The position numbers were made by a program, and so were the translations under genes. Below are positions 11,479 to 21,102 of a stretch of 64,000 bases of DNA, piece after piece (positions within the stretch are counted from its first letter, which is position 1; each line of letters starts with the position of its first letter). The notes under the pieces were generated by a model. That model made no database searches, was not told the origin of the DNA, and was given only the letters and a program-made list of their open reading frames with translations. Source of the stretch: Patescibacteria group bacterium (GTDB lineage Bacteria; Patescibacteriota; Minisyncoccia; Moranbacterales; UBA2206); assembly GCA_022709735.1 (NCBI GenBank), contig JAKLIG010000005.1, positions 5,884 through 69,883 on the forward strand. The letters run 5' to 3'.

Positions 11479-12789
11479 TTAATTGCTAACGCTGTTTCTA
11501 AGCACAATGCAAGGAGCTTCAACATTCCCGTTTGTTTTTTTGCACTTCCAACTAACCCATCCGCCTTGAGATGGAAAATTTGGTTCATTTCCAACGAGAG
11601 TGGCGCTAGAAGAACAAAATTCATGCGAGCTGAAATCAGCAGACACGGAAGAATATGTTCCGGTTGTTCCGCTTCTTGATGATCCAAGCGCCGGACCACA
11701 TAAATTGACTGTCGCTTCCGGAAGTTTATTTTTAACCGTAGTGCCTGCTGTGTTTGAATTTGTCACTGAAGATTCCCTATCAACCACTCTGATAACTATA
11801 CTCACTGGCACAGACAAATTATTATTATTGTCCTTGACTTTTAAGTTTATCGTATGCTCGCCAGCTTTAGTAAATTTTGCTTTGGTGCTATATTTATTAC
11901 TTCCCTGACCCAATGGAAGACCGGTTTCATCCGTCCAATAATACCCAGAAATCATTCCGTCATCAGTCCCTTTTCCTTGAAAAACAACAAAATCACCAGC
12001 ATTGACAATTGTTCCATTCGCTGGAGAAAGAATTTTTGCAGTAGGGATAGCATTTGTTGCATTGGAAGAACCGGAAGAATCATTGGAGCCCCCAGAAACA
12101 GTGAAACGGACTGTCTTGCTTTTTATCGGCCTCATTTCTCCTACCCATCCGTCTCCACATTGAAAAGTGCAAGAAAAATTTCCCGCTGAAGTTGGTGTAT
12201 ATATCTTATCTTCAGAATTACCATTGCAACCATGAAGCGGAACAGTGTGCACTGATCCTTCGGGTCTCCTAGAATCATAGTAAGGGCAACCGGGTTTATT
12301 CTCAAATCCGCAATAATCGTTTCCTTTGATTGTTGTATGCCAATTCCAAGTAAATGTAATATTTTCTCCAAGTTTAATATTAGAAGATGAAGCGCTAAAA
12401 TCAAGCGTATCCAATGCAATTCCATAAGAATCAACACCTGACTTACCAGATGTGCATTCCCCGACTTTCGTCGGATTTACGTTATTGACTGGGCGTTCAA
12501 ACAGCCCGGTAGCGCTCCAGTCACAGGCTTTAGCCGTACATTCTGTCGAACCTTTTTTAGGAGTTTTGCATATTGCATTAACTTCTCCTCCAACATAATA
12601 GCCGTCAGACAATACGCTATTACCAGAAATTTGTCGGCAAGTGTTGCAACTTTCAATGCATCTCTCACCTGCGCCGCAAGTTACTTCAGCAAAAACAGAA
12701 GAAGAAAAAGTAAATAAGCCTAGAGCTACTAAAACGAAGAAAATTCCTAAGCTCACATATATCCTGCTAATTTTTTTTATAATTTTCAT
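11479..12789 (-). CDS. Secreted Cys-rich protein P4 (436 aa) carrying the same Cys module at its C-terminus
   Basis: Signal peptide/TM MKIIKKISRIYVSLGIFFVLVALGLFTFSSSVFA. The C-terminal FPSQGGWVSWKCKKTNGNVEAPC matches the P1 repeat unit. Confidence 0.65.
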   Translation of the reverse strand: MKIIKKISRIYVSLGIFFVLVALGLFTFSSSVFAEVTCGAGERCIESCNTCRQISGNSVLSDGYYVGGEVNAICKTPKKGSTECTAKACDWSATGLFERPVNNVNPTKVGECTSGKSGVDSYGIALDTLDFSASSSNIKLGENITFTWNWHTTIKGNDYCGFENKPGCPYYDSRRPEGSVHTVPLHGCNGNSEDKIYTPTSAGNFSCTFQCGDGWVGEMRPIKSKTVRFTVSGGSNDSSGSSNATNAIPTAKILSPANGTIVNAGDFVVFQGKGTDDGMISGYYWTDETGLPLGQGSNKYSTKAKFTKAGEHTINLKVKDNNNNLSVPVSIVIRVVDRESSVTNSNTAGTTVKNKLPEATVNLCGPALGSSRSGTTGTYSSVSADFSSHEFCSSSATLVGNEPNFPSQGGWVSWKCKKTNGNVEAPCIVLRNSVSN

Positions 12790-12831
12790 TTTTTTATTTA
12801 AATTTTTTTAATTTATGGAAGTTATTCGATT

Positions 12832-13266
12832 TTATTTTCTAATTATTACAGTAAGCATAATAAGATCATTACTTTGGCTGTTATAAGTTACATCCACTTC
12901 TTTTTCCAGAGGGATATCAAACAAACCAATGTCTTCCATAGTGCTTCCGCCTTCTGCTTTTTCTGTTTCCTTATACAACGAAACTTCCATTCCATTTTTT
13001 GAGGGGATATTAATAGAAATTTCTTTTCCTTGAGGATCTAAAATCTTAATGGTTTCGCGACTCAAATCTTTGACTGTTCCACCGGTAATTTGTTTTACAG
13101 GATTGGTATCGACGCCCAATTCATTTGTAGCAATCGGATTTTCTGTTTTTTCTAAAGACGATTGGCTGGATTTTTTGCCAAGAATGGAAGTTGTCACAGC
13201 GAAAACAACCACTATTGCCAAAACAATTAGACCGACAAGAATTGCATTTTTTTGTTTTTTTTGCAT
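12832..13266 (-). CDS. Hypothetical N-terminally membrane-anchored protein (144 aa)
   Basis: A single N-terminal TM segment and no recognisable domain. Confidence 0.45.
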   Translation of the reverse strand: MQKKQKNAILVGLIVLAIVVVFAVTTSILGKKSSQSSLEKTENPIATNELGVDTNPVKQITGGTVKDLSRETIKILDPQGKEISINIPSKNGMEVSLYKETEKAEGGSTMEDIGLFDIPLEKEVDVTYNSQSNDLIMLTVIIRK

Positions 13267-13335
13267 AAGAATAATTAAAAAATTACTAAGTTTTATCTTA
13301 GTATAATTCTACCACATTTTTGCCTTTGGCGCCAA

Positions 13336-14739
13336 CTATTTTTTGTCCACAGCTCGCCTAAATTCTTTGTTTCTTAGTTTTCGATGATACCCAATCGCAA
13401 AACGATGCGCTTTATCGCGGATTTGCTGAATTAAATTCAAGGAAATTTCGGGAACTGATCCGAATTTTCGAATATCCAATTTTTTCCGGCTCGGTCCCTT
13501 GGCCACCGCCATAATCGGAATTTCTAGTTTATAATTTCGAAGGATTTTCCGCGCCATATTCAAATGTCCCGCTCCGCCATCAAGAAGAATTAGATTTGGA
13601 AGTGTCCAGCTGTTTTGAAATCTCCTAATTAGTATTTCCCTCATCGCTCCGACATCATTGGCACCGGAAATAGTTTTTATCTTGAATTTTCGATATTCAT
13701 TTTTGTTAGGACCCATTTCACCTAAAGAATTATCAAATACCACCATTGATCCGACATTATGACTTCCGGAAATATTGGAAATATCATAACCCTCGATTCG
13801 CATCTGTTTCGTAGGGAACAAAAATTTTTGTCCCCTGCTGTCTGAAATTAACGCCACATCTCGAATATGTTGCAACGCAAAAATTTTATTTCTTATATCC
13901 AGCGCTTTTTCAAATTCTTCCTTTTTTGAGAATTCGTTCATTTCTTTTTTTAGCGTATTTATCAGATTTTTTTTCTTCCCTTCTAAAATCATTCGAATTC
14001 CCCTGATATTTTTCTGATAATCAAATGCCGAAATAGCGCCATCATACGGCCCAGGGCAAAGTCCAATTTGATAATCCAAACAGCCTTTTTCCGAATTTTC
14101 TTTTTTATTGTGATAGGGAAAAATTTTTCGAAGAATTTTGAGCGCAATTTCAATTTGTTTTTTGGAAGTATACGGCCCATAAATAGCTTTTAGCTTATAG
14201 CTTATAGCTTTTAGGCTTTCACTATTTTTTAGAAATTGGTAATTGGAAATTGGTAATTTATTGAAAATTGGAAATTGTCCGCCGGAGGCGGATCCGCCTT
14301 TGGCGGAAAAATTGAAAATTTTATCAAGTTCCCTGCCTCGCGCAATTAAAATCCTTGGAAATTCATCTTTCGTAATCACAACATAAACAAATGATTTGTC
14401 ATCTTTCCCATCAATATTGTATTTGGGCTGGAGTTTTTTAATTAAATTTTGCTCTAAAATATAGGCTTCTAGAACCGTATCGGTTTTTCTGATTTCAACA
14501 TTTGACACCTCATGAATCATAATTTCAATCGGCCGACCGCTAAAATATGTAGGGGTTTGATTTATCAAACCCTTTTCTGTTTTGGGTTCAATAAATTGAA
14601 CCCCTACAAAATATGAAGAAACCCTATCCTTCAAACTCGTCGCTTTCCCCACATACAAAACATCCCCGGTTTTATTTTTGAAGATATAAACTCCGGGAGA
14701 ATTGGGAAATTTAGCAATTTTACTCTTTAGGCTTGACAT
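13336..14739 (-). CDS. uvrC: Excinuclease ABC subunit C (UvrC), short form lacking the C-terminal (HhH)2 domain, with an in-frame low-complexity insertion
   Basis: N-terminal GIY-YIG (GVYIFKN...VLYVGKA). UVR-like segment and RNase-H-like endonuclease region (RIEGYDISN ... RDKAHRFAIGYHRK). The ORF ends soon after, at 467 aa versus roughly 600 typical. Confidence 0.8.
   Translation of the reverse strand: MSSLKSKIAKFPNSPGVYIFKNKTGDVLYVGKATSLKDRVSSYFVGVQFIEPKTEKGLINQTPTYFSGRPIEIMIHEVSNVEIRKTDTVLEAYILEQNLIKKLQPKYNIDGKDDKSFVYVVITKDEFPRILIARGRELDKIFNFSAKGGSASGGQFPIFNKLPISNYQFLKNSESLKAISYKLKAIYGPYTSKKQIEIALKILRKIFPYHNKKENSEKGCLDYQIGLCPGPYDGAISAFDYQKNIRGIRMILEGKKKNLINTLKKEMNEFSKKEEFEKALDIRNKIFALQHIRDVALISDSRGQKFLFPTKQMRIEGYDISNISGSHNVGSMVVFDNSLGEMGPNKNEYRKFKIKTISGANDVGAMREILIRRFQNSWTLPNLILLDGGAGHLNMARKILRNYKLEIPIMAVAKGPSRKKLDIRKFGSVPEISLNLIQQIRDKAHRFAIGYHRKLRNKEFRRAVDKK
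14186..14320. repeat. Mosaic simple-repeat insertion inside the uvrC coding sequence (AGCTTTT/AGCTTAT heptamers + GAAATTGG repeats + GC-rich palindromes CCGCCGGAGGCGG / CCGCCTTTGGCGG)
   Basis: The same heptamer satellite occurs at 59661-59720 and 30624-30653, and GAAAATTG-type repeats occur at 640-735. Here they are translated in frame (…GGSASGGQFPIFNKLPISNYQFLKNSESLKAISYKLKAI…). Confidence 0.6.
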
Positions 14740-14825
14740 ATTTATAAAATTTAAGGTAGACTTTATAACAAAATAAAAACATCTGATTTTAATTCTTTAA
14801 CAAAAACCGTTTAGGAGGAGCGGTC

Positions 14826-14948
14826 ATGATGAATAAAAATTTTTGGAAAATTGGATTTATGGTTTTTTTGGTTATCAGCATAATGTTTTTATCTGAAAAT
14901 ATGGTGCTGTATGAAAAAATATTATCAACCTTTAATTCATTCTTTTAA
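14826..14948 (+). CDS. Small hydrophobic peptide (40 aa) with a canonical RBS
   Basis: AGGAGG lies 6 nt upstream of ATGATG. The product MMNKNFWKIGFMVFLVISIMFLSENMVLYEKILSTFNSFF lies immediately upstream of the 105-aa ORF. It is absent from the ORF track because it is shorter than 60 aa. Confidence 0.4.
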   Translation: MMNKNFWKIGFMVFLVISIMFLSENMVLYEKILSTFNSFF

Positions 14949-14957
14949 GGAGGCGCG

Positions 14958-15275
14958 ATGACACTTTCAACAAAAGCTCATTTTGCAAAACTACTCTTAC
15001 TGACAACCGGCATTATTTTTTTTCTGATAATTGTAATCTGTGTGACAAGATGGCATGACCGAGAAGTAATGGCTGCCACTGCTGTCAACATTCCGGAAAA
15101 AAAATCTGAGCAAATCAGGGAAGAAACAGCAACCATCGAGTTGGAAGATGCAAAAATTGTCATCTTGCCACCCGGAGAAAAAAAACGATCTGTAACATTT
15201 TTTTCTTCTGGTGGAAAAACAGAGCTTTATTTTTACGCTAAGCCGGAGGATATCCCACCTCTCCTCCCCTATTGA
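14958..15275 (+). CDS. Small membrane protein (105 aa)
   Basis: RBS GGAGG, an N-terminal TM segment, and a rho-independent terminator downstream. Confidence 0.5.
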   Translation: MTLSTKAHFAKLLLLTTGIIFFLIIVICVTRWHDREVMAATAVNIPEKKSEQIREETATIELEDAKIVILPPGEKKRSVTFFSSGGKTELYFYAKPEDIPPLLPY

Positions 15276-15307
15276 ATTAAGCCTTTTAAATTTACTAAGT
15301 TTGCCAC

Positions 15308-15346
15308 CCGGCTCGCAGCGAACACCTGTGAGCCGGCTTTTTTTTA
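15308..15346 (+). terminator. Rho-independent terminator (CCGGCTC...GAGCCGG + T8)
   Basis: Stem-loop followed by TTTTTTTT. Confidence 0.7.
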
Positions 15347-15360
15347 TTTCAAAAAACTAG

Positions 15361-15441
15361 TTGTCATCCTCGCGAAAGCGAGGATCCAGTCTTAAATCTT
15401 TTGGTTTCTACACTAGATTCCCGCTTCCGCGGGAATGACAA
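15361..15441. repeat. TTGTCAT...ATGACAA element copy E1 (two perfect 8-bp hairpins inside)
   Basis: TTGTCAT-CCTCGCGAAAGCGAGG...ATTCCCGCTTCCGCGGGAAT-GACAA. Same end architecture as 19592-19654 and 21335-21390. Confidence 0.5.
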
Positions 15442-15455
15442 AAATATTTATTTTT

Positions 15456-18347
15456 TTATTTTCTATCCAGAATTTCCCTCAAATACTTCCCCGTCCAACT
15501 TTTTTTATAATATTTCGCCACTTCTTCCGGCGTGCCGGAAACAATTAATTTTCCTCCCTTATCCCCGCCTTCCGGCCCGAGATCAATTATCCAATCAGCA
15601 GTTTTGATGACATCCATATTATGTTCAATGACCACGACCGTGTTTCCCGCGTCCACCAAACGATTCAAAACTTTCAATAATTTTTTTATATCGTCAAAAT
15701 GCAGTCCGGTCGTTGGTTCGTCTAAAATATAAAGTGTATCGCCAGTCGCGCGCCGAGAAAGTTCGGTCGCTAATTTTATTCTTTGCGCTTCTCCGCCGGA
15801 AAGCGTTGTCGCACTTTGACCAAGCTGGATATATCCAAGTCCAACATCTTCGAGCACTGCCAACTTATCATGAATTTCTGGAAAATTTTCAAAAAATTCC
15901 CGCGCATCACTCACCGTCATTTCCAAAACTTCCGCAATATTTTTTTCTTTATATTTCACTTTCAAAGTTTCACTGTTATATCTTTTTCCGCCACAAACAT
16001 CGCACGGCAGATACACATCCGGCATAAATTGCATTTCGATTTTGAGATATCCGTCTCCCTGGCAATTATCACATCTTCCCCCAGAAATGTTAAACGAAAA
16101 TCTTCCGGGAGAATATCCTTTAGTCTTGGCATCTTTCGTCATCGAAAAAAGTTCGCGAATTGGAGAAAAAAGTCCGGTATAAGTGGCCGGATTGGAACGC
16201 GGGGTGCGCCCAATCGGACTTTGGTCAATCATAATAACTTTGTTGATATAATGCGCTCCGGCAATTTCATTATGACGCCCCGGTCGATCTAATGAACGCA
16301 TAATATTTCTTGCCAGAGATTTATAAAGTATTTCTTCTACTAGAGTTGATTTTCCGCTTCCGCTTACTCCGGTCACGCAAGTCAAAGCTTTCAGAGGAAA
16401 TTCCACCGTAATATTTTTTAGATTATTTTCCCGCGCTCCGCGAACAATGATTGATTTTTTGTTTTTCATACTCCGCCTGAAGCTCGGAATTTCAATTTTC
16501 AGTTCTTTTCGAAGATATTTGGCCGTTAATGATTTTTTATTTCTCAAAACTTCTTCTGGCAAACCTTGTGCCACAATTTCTCCGCCGTGACGCCCCGCGC
16601 CCGGACCGATATCGACTAAATAATCCGCTGCTAACATGGTTTCTTCATCATGCTCGACAACTATAAGCGTATTTCCAGTATCCCGAAGCTTAATTAATGT
16701 TTCTAAAAGTTTAGCGTTATCCCGCGCATGCAGACCAACTGATGGTTCGTCTAAAATATACAAAACTCCAACTAACTGCGATCCGATTTGTGAAGCCAAG
16801 CGAATTCTTTGCGCTTCTCCGCCAGCCAAAGTGCTGGCACTTCGACCCAGCGTCAAATATCCCAATCCGACATTTTCCAAAAAACTCAAGCGGTTTTGAA
16901 TTTCTTTTAAAATTCTTCCAGAGATCAATTCTTCTTTTTTATTTAATTTTAATTCTCGAAAAAATTCCAGAGATTCAAAAATACTAACATCAGAAATTTG
17001 AGATATATTTTTTCCGCCGACACTTACTAACAAAGTTTCTTTTTTATATCTAGAACCATTGCACATTGAACAAGGATTTTGCGACATATATTTTTCAATG
17101 TCAGTTCGGACCGCATCCGATTGCGTTTTTCGATATCGATCTTGCATATATCCCACCGCTCCTCGCCAGCTCATATTATATTTCCAAACCGCTCCAGTCT
17201 TACTCTTAAGTGTCACTGGGATTTGTTCGGCCTCATCTTCCAAAATCATATCTTTTGCTTCCGGCGCGCCAAATAGCAGTATATTAAAATCATCTTCGGA
17301 TAAATCACGCAGGCGGACATTGTCAGAAATATGGAAATGTTTGCAAACTGCGCGAAGAATTGTCCCTTGCCAATTATTTTTTTTATAACTCCACGGCATA
17401 ATTCCCCCTTCGGAAATAGTTTTATTTTTGTCTGGCGCCACAAGCGCTGGATCAATTTCTTTTTTTGTTCCAAGCCCTTCGCAAGCCGGACACGCGCCAT
17501 ACGGACTGTTGAAGGAAAATAACCGCGGTTCAAGTTCGGGAAATTCCACTTCATGAATCGGACAAGAAAGATTTTGGTTAAATATAATTTCTTTATTATT
17601 TTCTTTTTTTGATTTTAAGATTTGGGATTTAACTTTCACAAGCCCTCCTGAAAGTTTCAACGCTTTTTCCACTCCCTCAAAAATCCTAGAAATATTTTTA
17701 TCATTAATTTCCACTTCATCAATCAAAATATCAATGCTATGTTTTTTATATCTCTCAAGTTTTATTTCACTTTTTATTTTTAAATTCAGTTCAATTTTTT
17801 TTCCGTTAACATACGCCCAGGAAAATCCGCGCTGAAACATTTCAGCCATCATTGTCGAATATTCTCCTTTTCTTTGGCGGACAATCGGAGAAAGAATTTC
17901 TATTTTGCATTCTCCGCACATCTCAAGAATCCTATCCACAATTTCATCAGTGGAAAGTTTGGTAATTTCCCGATTACAAACAGGACAATGAGGAATTCCA
18001 ATTTTGGCATAAAGCAAGCGAAGATAATCTTGGATTTCTGTGACCGTCCCGACAGTTGATCGTGGATTGTGCGAAGCCGCTTTTTGATCGATAGAAATTG
18101 CCGGTGAAAGTCCTTCGATATAATCCACATCTGGCTTGTCTATTTGCCCCAAAAATTGCCGGGCATATGAAGACAAACTTTCTAAATACCGCCTTTGCCC
18201 TTCGGCAAAAATGGTATCAAAAGCCAGCGTGCTCTTTCCTGAGCCGCTGATTCCGGTGAAAACTATAAACTTGTTTCGAGGCAATTCAAGATTAATATTC
18301 TTAAGATTGTGCTCCCGCGCGCCTCGAATTATTAATTTATCATGCAT
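15456..18347 (-). CDS. uvrA: Excinuclease ABC subunit A paralog (second full-length UvrA, 963 aa)
   Basis: [18 protein letters not shown]..., Walker [14 protein letters not shown] and [23 protein letters not shown], Zn-finger cysteines. Clearly distinct in sequence from copy 1. Confidence 0.9.
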   Translation of the reverse strand: MHDKLIIRGAREHNLKNINLELPRNKFIVFTGISGSGKSTLAFDTIFAEGQRRYLESLSSYARQFLGQIDKPDVDYIEGLSPAISIDQKAASHNPRSTVGTVTEIQDYLRLLYAKIGIPHCPVCNREITKLSTDEIVDRILEMCGECKIEILSPIVRQRKGEYSTMMAEMFQRGFSWAYVNGKKIELNLKIKSEIKLERYKKHSIDILIDEVEINDKNISRIFEGVEKALKLSGGLVKVKSQILKSKKENNKEIIFNQNLSCPIHEVEFPELEPRLFSFNSPYGACPACEGLGTKKEIDPALVAPDKNKTISEGGIMPWSYKKNNWQGTILRAVCKHFHISDNVRLRDLSEDDFNILLFGAPEAKDMILEDEAEQIPVTLKSKTGAVWKYNMSWRGAVGYMQDRYRKTQSDAVRTDIEKYMSQNPCSMCNGSRYKKETLLVSVGGKNISQISDVSIFESLEFFRELKLNKKEELISGRILKEIQNRLSFLENVGLGYLTLGRSASTLAGGEAQRIRLASQIGSQLVGVLYILDEPSVGLHARDNAKLLETLIKLRDTGNTLIVVEHDEETMLAADYLVDIGPGAGRHGGEIVAQGLPEEVLRNKKSLTAKYLRKELKIEIPSFRRSMKNKKSIIVRGARENNLKNITVEFPLKALTCVTGVSGSGKSTLVEEILYKSLARNIMRSLDRPGRHNEIAGAHYINKVIMIDQSPIGRTPRSNPATYTGLFSPIRELFSMTKDAKTKGYSPGRFSFNISGGRCDNCQGDGYLKIEMQFMPDVYLPCDVCGGKRYNSETLKVKYKEKNIAEVLEMTVSDAREFFENFPEIHDKLAVLEDVGLGYIQLGQSATTLSGGEAQRIKLATELSRRATGDTLYILDEPTTGLHFDDIKKLLKVLNRLVDAGNTVVVIEHNMDVIKTADWIIDLGPEGGDKGGKLIVSGTPEEVAKYYKKSWTGKYLREILDRK

Positions 18348-18509
18348 AAATGCAAAAAACTTCCCCTTTTGAGGTACTTAGTATTAAATTATTACCTTTC
18401 AATCATATTACACTTTATGCTATAAATATATTCTTGGCAAGAAACTTAATATTGAAAATCCAAATGACAAAATCTCAATATCCAATAAATTTCCAAATCT
18501 CAATTTTAA

Positions 18510-18887
18510 TTATTTTTTATTCTTGGAGCTATTTATTATAGATGAAAAAATCCAAACAAATTTTTGAGCTTCTTTATACAATTTTCTACAATTTTCCCTT
18601 CTATCAGAATTAGCTTTAGCTATCATCCTGAACCAATGCATACTTTCCTTTGACTCTTTTCGGCAAATTCCAATTTTATTTTCAAAATCTTTTTTGGAAA
18701 CTGCGCCATCAGCTTCCATGTAATTTGCTCCTATGCTCGTTCCAGATCGCACAATCTGATTTACAAGTGGCTTATTAATTTCATTATGCGGTAAAGAACT
18801 AACAAATTCAATTACATCTTCCCCGAATTTAGCAGTCCTTTCGATTAAATCATAATTACTTTTTTTACTTGGGATTTTATTTGTCAT
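18510..18887 (-). CDS. Four-helix-bundle protein (formerly '23S rRNA intervening-sequence protein' family)
   Basis: Diagnostic motifs SGTSIGANYMEADGAVSKKDF and CRKESKESMHWFRMI. The 125-aa length fits the family. Confidence 0.8.
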   Translation of the reverse strand: MTNKIPSKKSNYDLIERTAKFGEDVIEFVSSLPHNEINKPLVNQIVRSGTSIGANYMEADGAVSKKDFENKIGICRKESKESMHWFRMIAKANSDRRENCRKLYKEAQKFVWIFSSIINSSKNKK

Positions 18888-18910
18888 TGGGATTTTTAAA
18901 TTGGGATTTT

Positions 18911-19579
18911 CTATAAACTAATATATTTTACCGGCAGAACTTTCTTGAAAATTCCGGCAATCAAAACTGAATCAGAAGAGTGGATAAAAATCGGCTGATG
19001 AATCGTGTTGGAAGACCGCGGGAAAAGTCCGATGATTTCCTCACTTACTTTTTTATATCTCTTGATCGTCGCCATACCATTTATCACTGCCACGACAATT
19101 TTCCCTTCCAACTCTTCACTTTTACCATAATCATATTTTTCAAAAATAACATAATCGCCGTCATTGATGCCGTCTTTGTCCATCGAATCGCCCAAAGTTT
19201 TGACTGCGAAAAGTTTAGCGCTGTCTGCTCCACGAAAAAGCGCTTTGGAAATTTGCAAAAATCCGTCCACATTATCTTCGGCATAAGCCAGCGCTTCTCC
19301 GCAAGAAGCCAGGCCATAAACCGGAATGGAAAAAATATTTTTGAAATTAGCAAAGCTTTCATTTTCTACCAAATATATTTTTCTATCTTTGTCTCTTTTG
19401 ATCAGATCTTTTTTCTCCAGCGCTTCAATCACCTGCATCACAGATTTCAAACTATCTTTCACGCCTTGCGATTCCAAATATTTGTGCAATTTATAACTGG
19501 TCGGATTTTCTCCGCGCTGTTCGATCAGCTCGCGGATGTTTTCCAAAATACTTTGTTGCTTAGCTGTAAGTGTTGGCAT
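18911..19579 (-). CDS. lexA: LexA-family repressor (winged-HTH + S24 peptidase)
   Basis: C-terminal S24 Ser/Lys dyad context (AVKTLGDSM ... ATIKRYKK). The N-terminal winged-HTH region is judged from general similarity, not a specific motif. It lies adjacent to the uvr genes. Confidence 0.8.
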   Translation of the reverse strand: MPTLTAKQQSILENIRELIEQRGENPTSYKLHKYLESQGVKDSLKSVMQVIEALEKKDLIKRDKDRKIYLVENESFANFKNIFSIPVYGLASCGEALAYAEDNVDGFLQISKALFRGADSAKLFAVKTLGDSMDKDGINDGDYVIFEKYDYGKSEELEGKIVVAVINGMATIKRYKKVSEEIIGLFPRSSNTIHQPIFIHSSDSVLIAGIFKKVLPVKYISL

Positions 19580-19591
19580 AACAATTTTGAT

Positions 19592-19654
19592 TTGTCATGC
19601 TGAATTTATTTCAGCATCTTCTTAGTTGATCCTGGAACAAGTTCAGGATGACAA
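19592..19654. promoter_or_regulatory. TTGTCAT...ATGACAA element copy E2 immediately upstream of lexA; contains palindromes TGCTGAATTTATTTCAGCA and CCTGGAACAAGTTCAGG (candidate operator)
   Basis: Perfect 7-bp inverted repeats with a 5-nt spacer, 13 nt upstream of the lexA start. Confidence 0.4.
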
Positions 19655-19813
19655 AATATTTAATTATTTACAGTGATATGATAGCACTTCTCAAATATCA
19701 CTGCAACTCCCCCTGTGGATAACTCCACCTGCCTGATTTTTCTATCTTATTATCAAGCCTCAACTGTTTGAATTAAATAATCTTTATTCTTAGTTGTGAA
19801 AAAATATAACAAA

Positions 19814-19842
19814 TAAAAAAATCCCCCGCCTAAGCAGGGGAT
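19814..19842 (-). terminator. Rho-independent terminator for the DsbA-like gene (ATCCCC-loop-GGGGAT followed by T7 on the minus strand)
   Basis: Hairpin followed by an A7/T7 run. Confidence 0.6.
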
Positions 19843-19856
19843 TCTTACTTCTTGCT

Positions 19857-19917
19857 TCTTACTTCTTAATTCTTAATTCTTAATTCTTAATTCTTAATTC
19901 TTAATTCTTAATTCTTA
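19857..19917. repeat. Heptanucleotide microsatellite (CTTAATT)x8 overlapping the stop codon of the upstream gene
   Basis: Eight perfect tandem 7-bp units; the TAA stop of 19915..20946 lies inside the array. Confidence 0.9.
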
Positions 19918-20946
19918 ATTACAGCTTCCGCCTTGCGTTGTCGCAGTAGCAGAACTTAGCGCCTTAGCACATTCTGCTGGCGCAGTATTAAACGCATCGC
20001 AAATCGCTTTTTTATATTCTTCGGAATTTCCGTATTTATAAACTGCTTTAGTAGAAACACCGTTGATCAACATCGTTGGCGAACCGCTCGCTCCCGCTTC
20101 AGTCGAAAGTTTTTCATCGGCTTTCATAAGAGTCGCTCCTTCCGCTTTCACGCAAGCAGAAATTTTAGCTGAATTTAGTCCAACGCTTTTTGCGCCCGCT
20201 TCCCAACAAGCTCCGTCAGTTCCGCAATTTTTGTTAACATAAGCCACAAAATTCATCCACTTATCTTTGCCAAAATATTTGAGCACGCAGGCCTCTCTTT
20301 CATTTTGCGCGACTTCTTTTTCTCCATGCAAAGAATTAATTGTGTCTCCACTCGAGCTCACGATATAGCGAAAATTAAAATCAACTTTGTTTTTGAGAAG
20401 TTCATAAACCGATTTCATCGTGTCCTCCGCTTTGTTTCCAAATGGGCAAAAACTCATTACATAAAGATCAACTTTAGGCTTTTCTGCTTTGGGAACTTCC
20501 TTTTCTGGCTCGGCCGCTGCTTGCTTTTGTTCAGCGTTCTTCTTTTTTATTTCTGCTATATCCATCACTTGAGGAAAGAATTTCTTTCCGTCCAATGACA
20601 AATAAGCATCGATCTCTTGTTTTTGCTGTCCTTCCCCCACCGCAACTTTTATCTTAAACATTCCATTCTCTTTGGCGACTTCTCCTATTTCTGCTTTTTC
20701 TCCCTCTTGCATCAAATTATTATTGATAAAATCTTCTACTTGCGCCTTAGCTTCTTTTTGCGTCAGATTATTTTTCTTCCAAACCATTCTGTAATAACCT
20801 AACCCTCCAATGATGATGATAAAAATCAAGACTCCAATTATTTGAGGTAAAAACTTCTTATACTTTCCGCAAAAGTCTTTCCCGCAAAAACATTCTCCTT
20901 TTTCGCAGTTGCACACTTCGGCAGTTTCCTTTTTTTCTGTTTCCAT
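19915..20946 (-). CDS. Membrane-anchored DsbA-like thiol:disulfide oxidoreductase with an N-terminal Cys4 zinc-ribbon-like segment
   Basis: N-terminal CNCEKGECFCGKDFCGK, one TM segment, thioredoxin-fold CxxC (SFCPFGNKAE), and a DsbA-like C-terminal GSPTMLINGV. Confidence 0.6.
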   Translation of the reverse strand: METEKKETAEVCNCEKGECFCGKDFCGKYKKFLPQIIGVLIFIIIIGGLGYYRMVWKKNNLTQKEAKAQVEDFINNNLMQEGEKAEIGEVAKENGMFKIKVAVGEGQQKQEIDAYLSLDGKKFFPQVMDIAEIKKKNAEQKQAAAEPEKEVPKAEKPKVDLYVMSFCPFGNKAEDTMKSVYELLKNKVDFNFRYIVSSSGDTINSLHGEKEVAQNEREACVLKYFGKDKWMNFVAYVNKNCGTDGACWEAGAKSVGLNSAKISACVKAEGATLMKADEKLSTEAGASGSPTMLINGVSTKAVYKYGNSEEYKKAICDAFNTAPAECAKALSSATATTQGGSCN

Positions 20947-20982
20947 TTTTTTTAAATTAATTAATAATTATCCAGTTTTTAT

Positions 20983-21011
20983 ATTATAAATAATCGTTGA
21001 ATTTAACGCAA
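20983..21011 (-). promoter_or_regulatory. Sigma70-like promoter (TTGCGT-17-TATAAT) for the DsbA-like gene
   Basis: Minus-strand TTGCGT at 21006-21011 and TATAAT at 20983-20988 with a 17-nt spacer, about 40 nt upstream of the start. Confidence 0.45.
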
Positions 21012-21102
21012 GCGATGAGAAAATATCAATTTTTTGACAAATTTAAGGGGAGATGACTATGTCAGCTCCCCGGTTACGTGATTCATGGTTGATTTCCTTT
21101 TT

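Noticed and set aside
19857-19917. Possible CRISPR array (regular short repeats), also considered for 59661-59720
   Set aside because: The unit is only 7 bp with no spacers and no cas genes; these are microsatellites.
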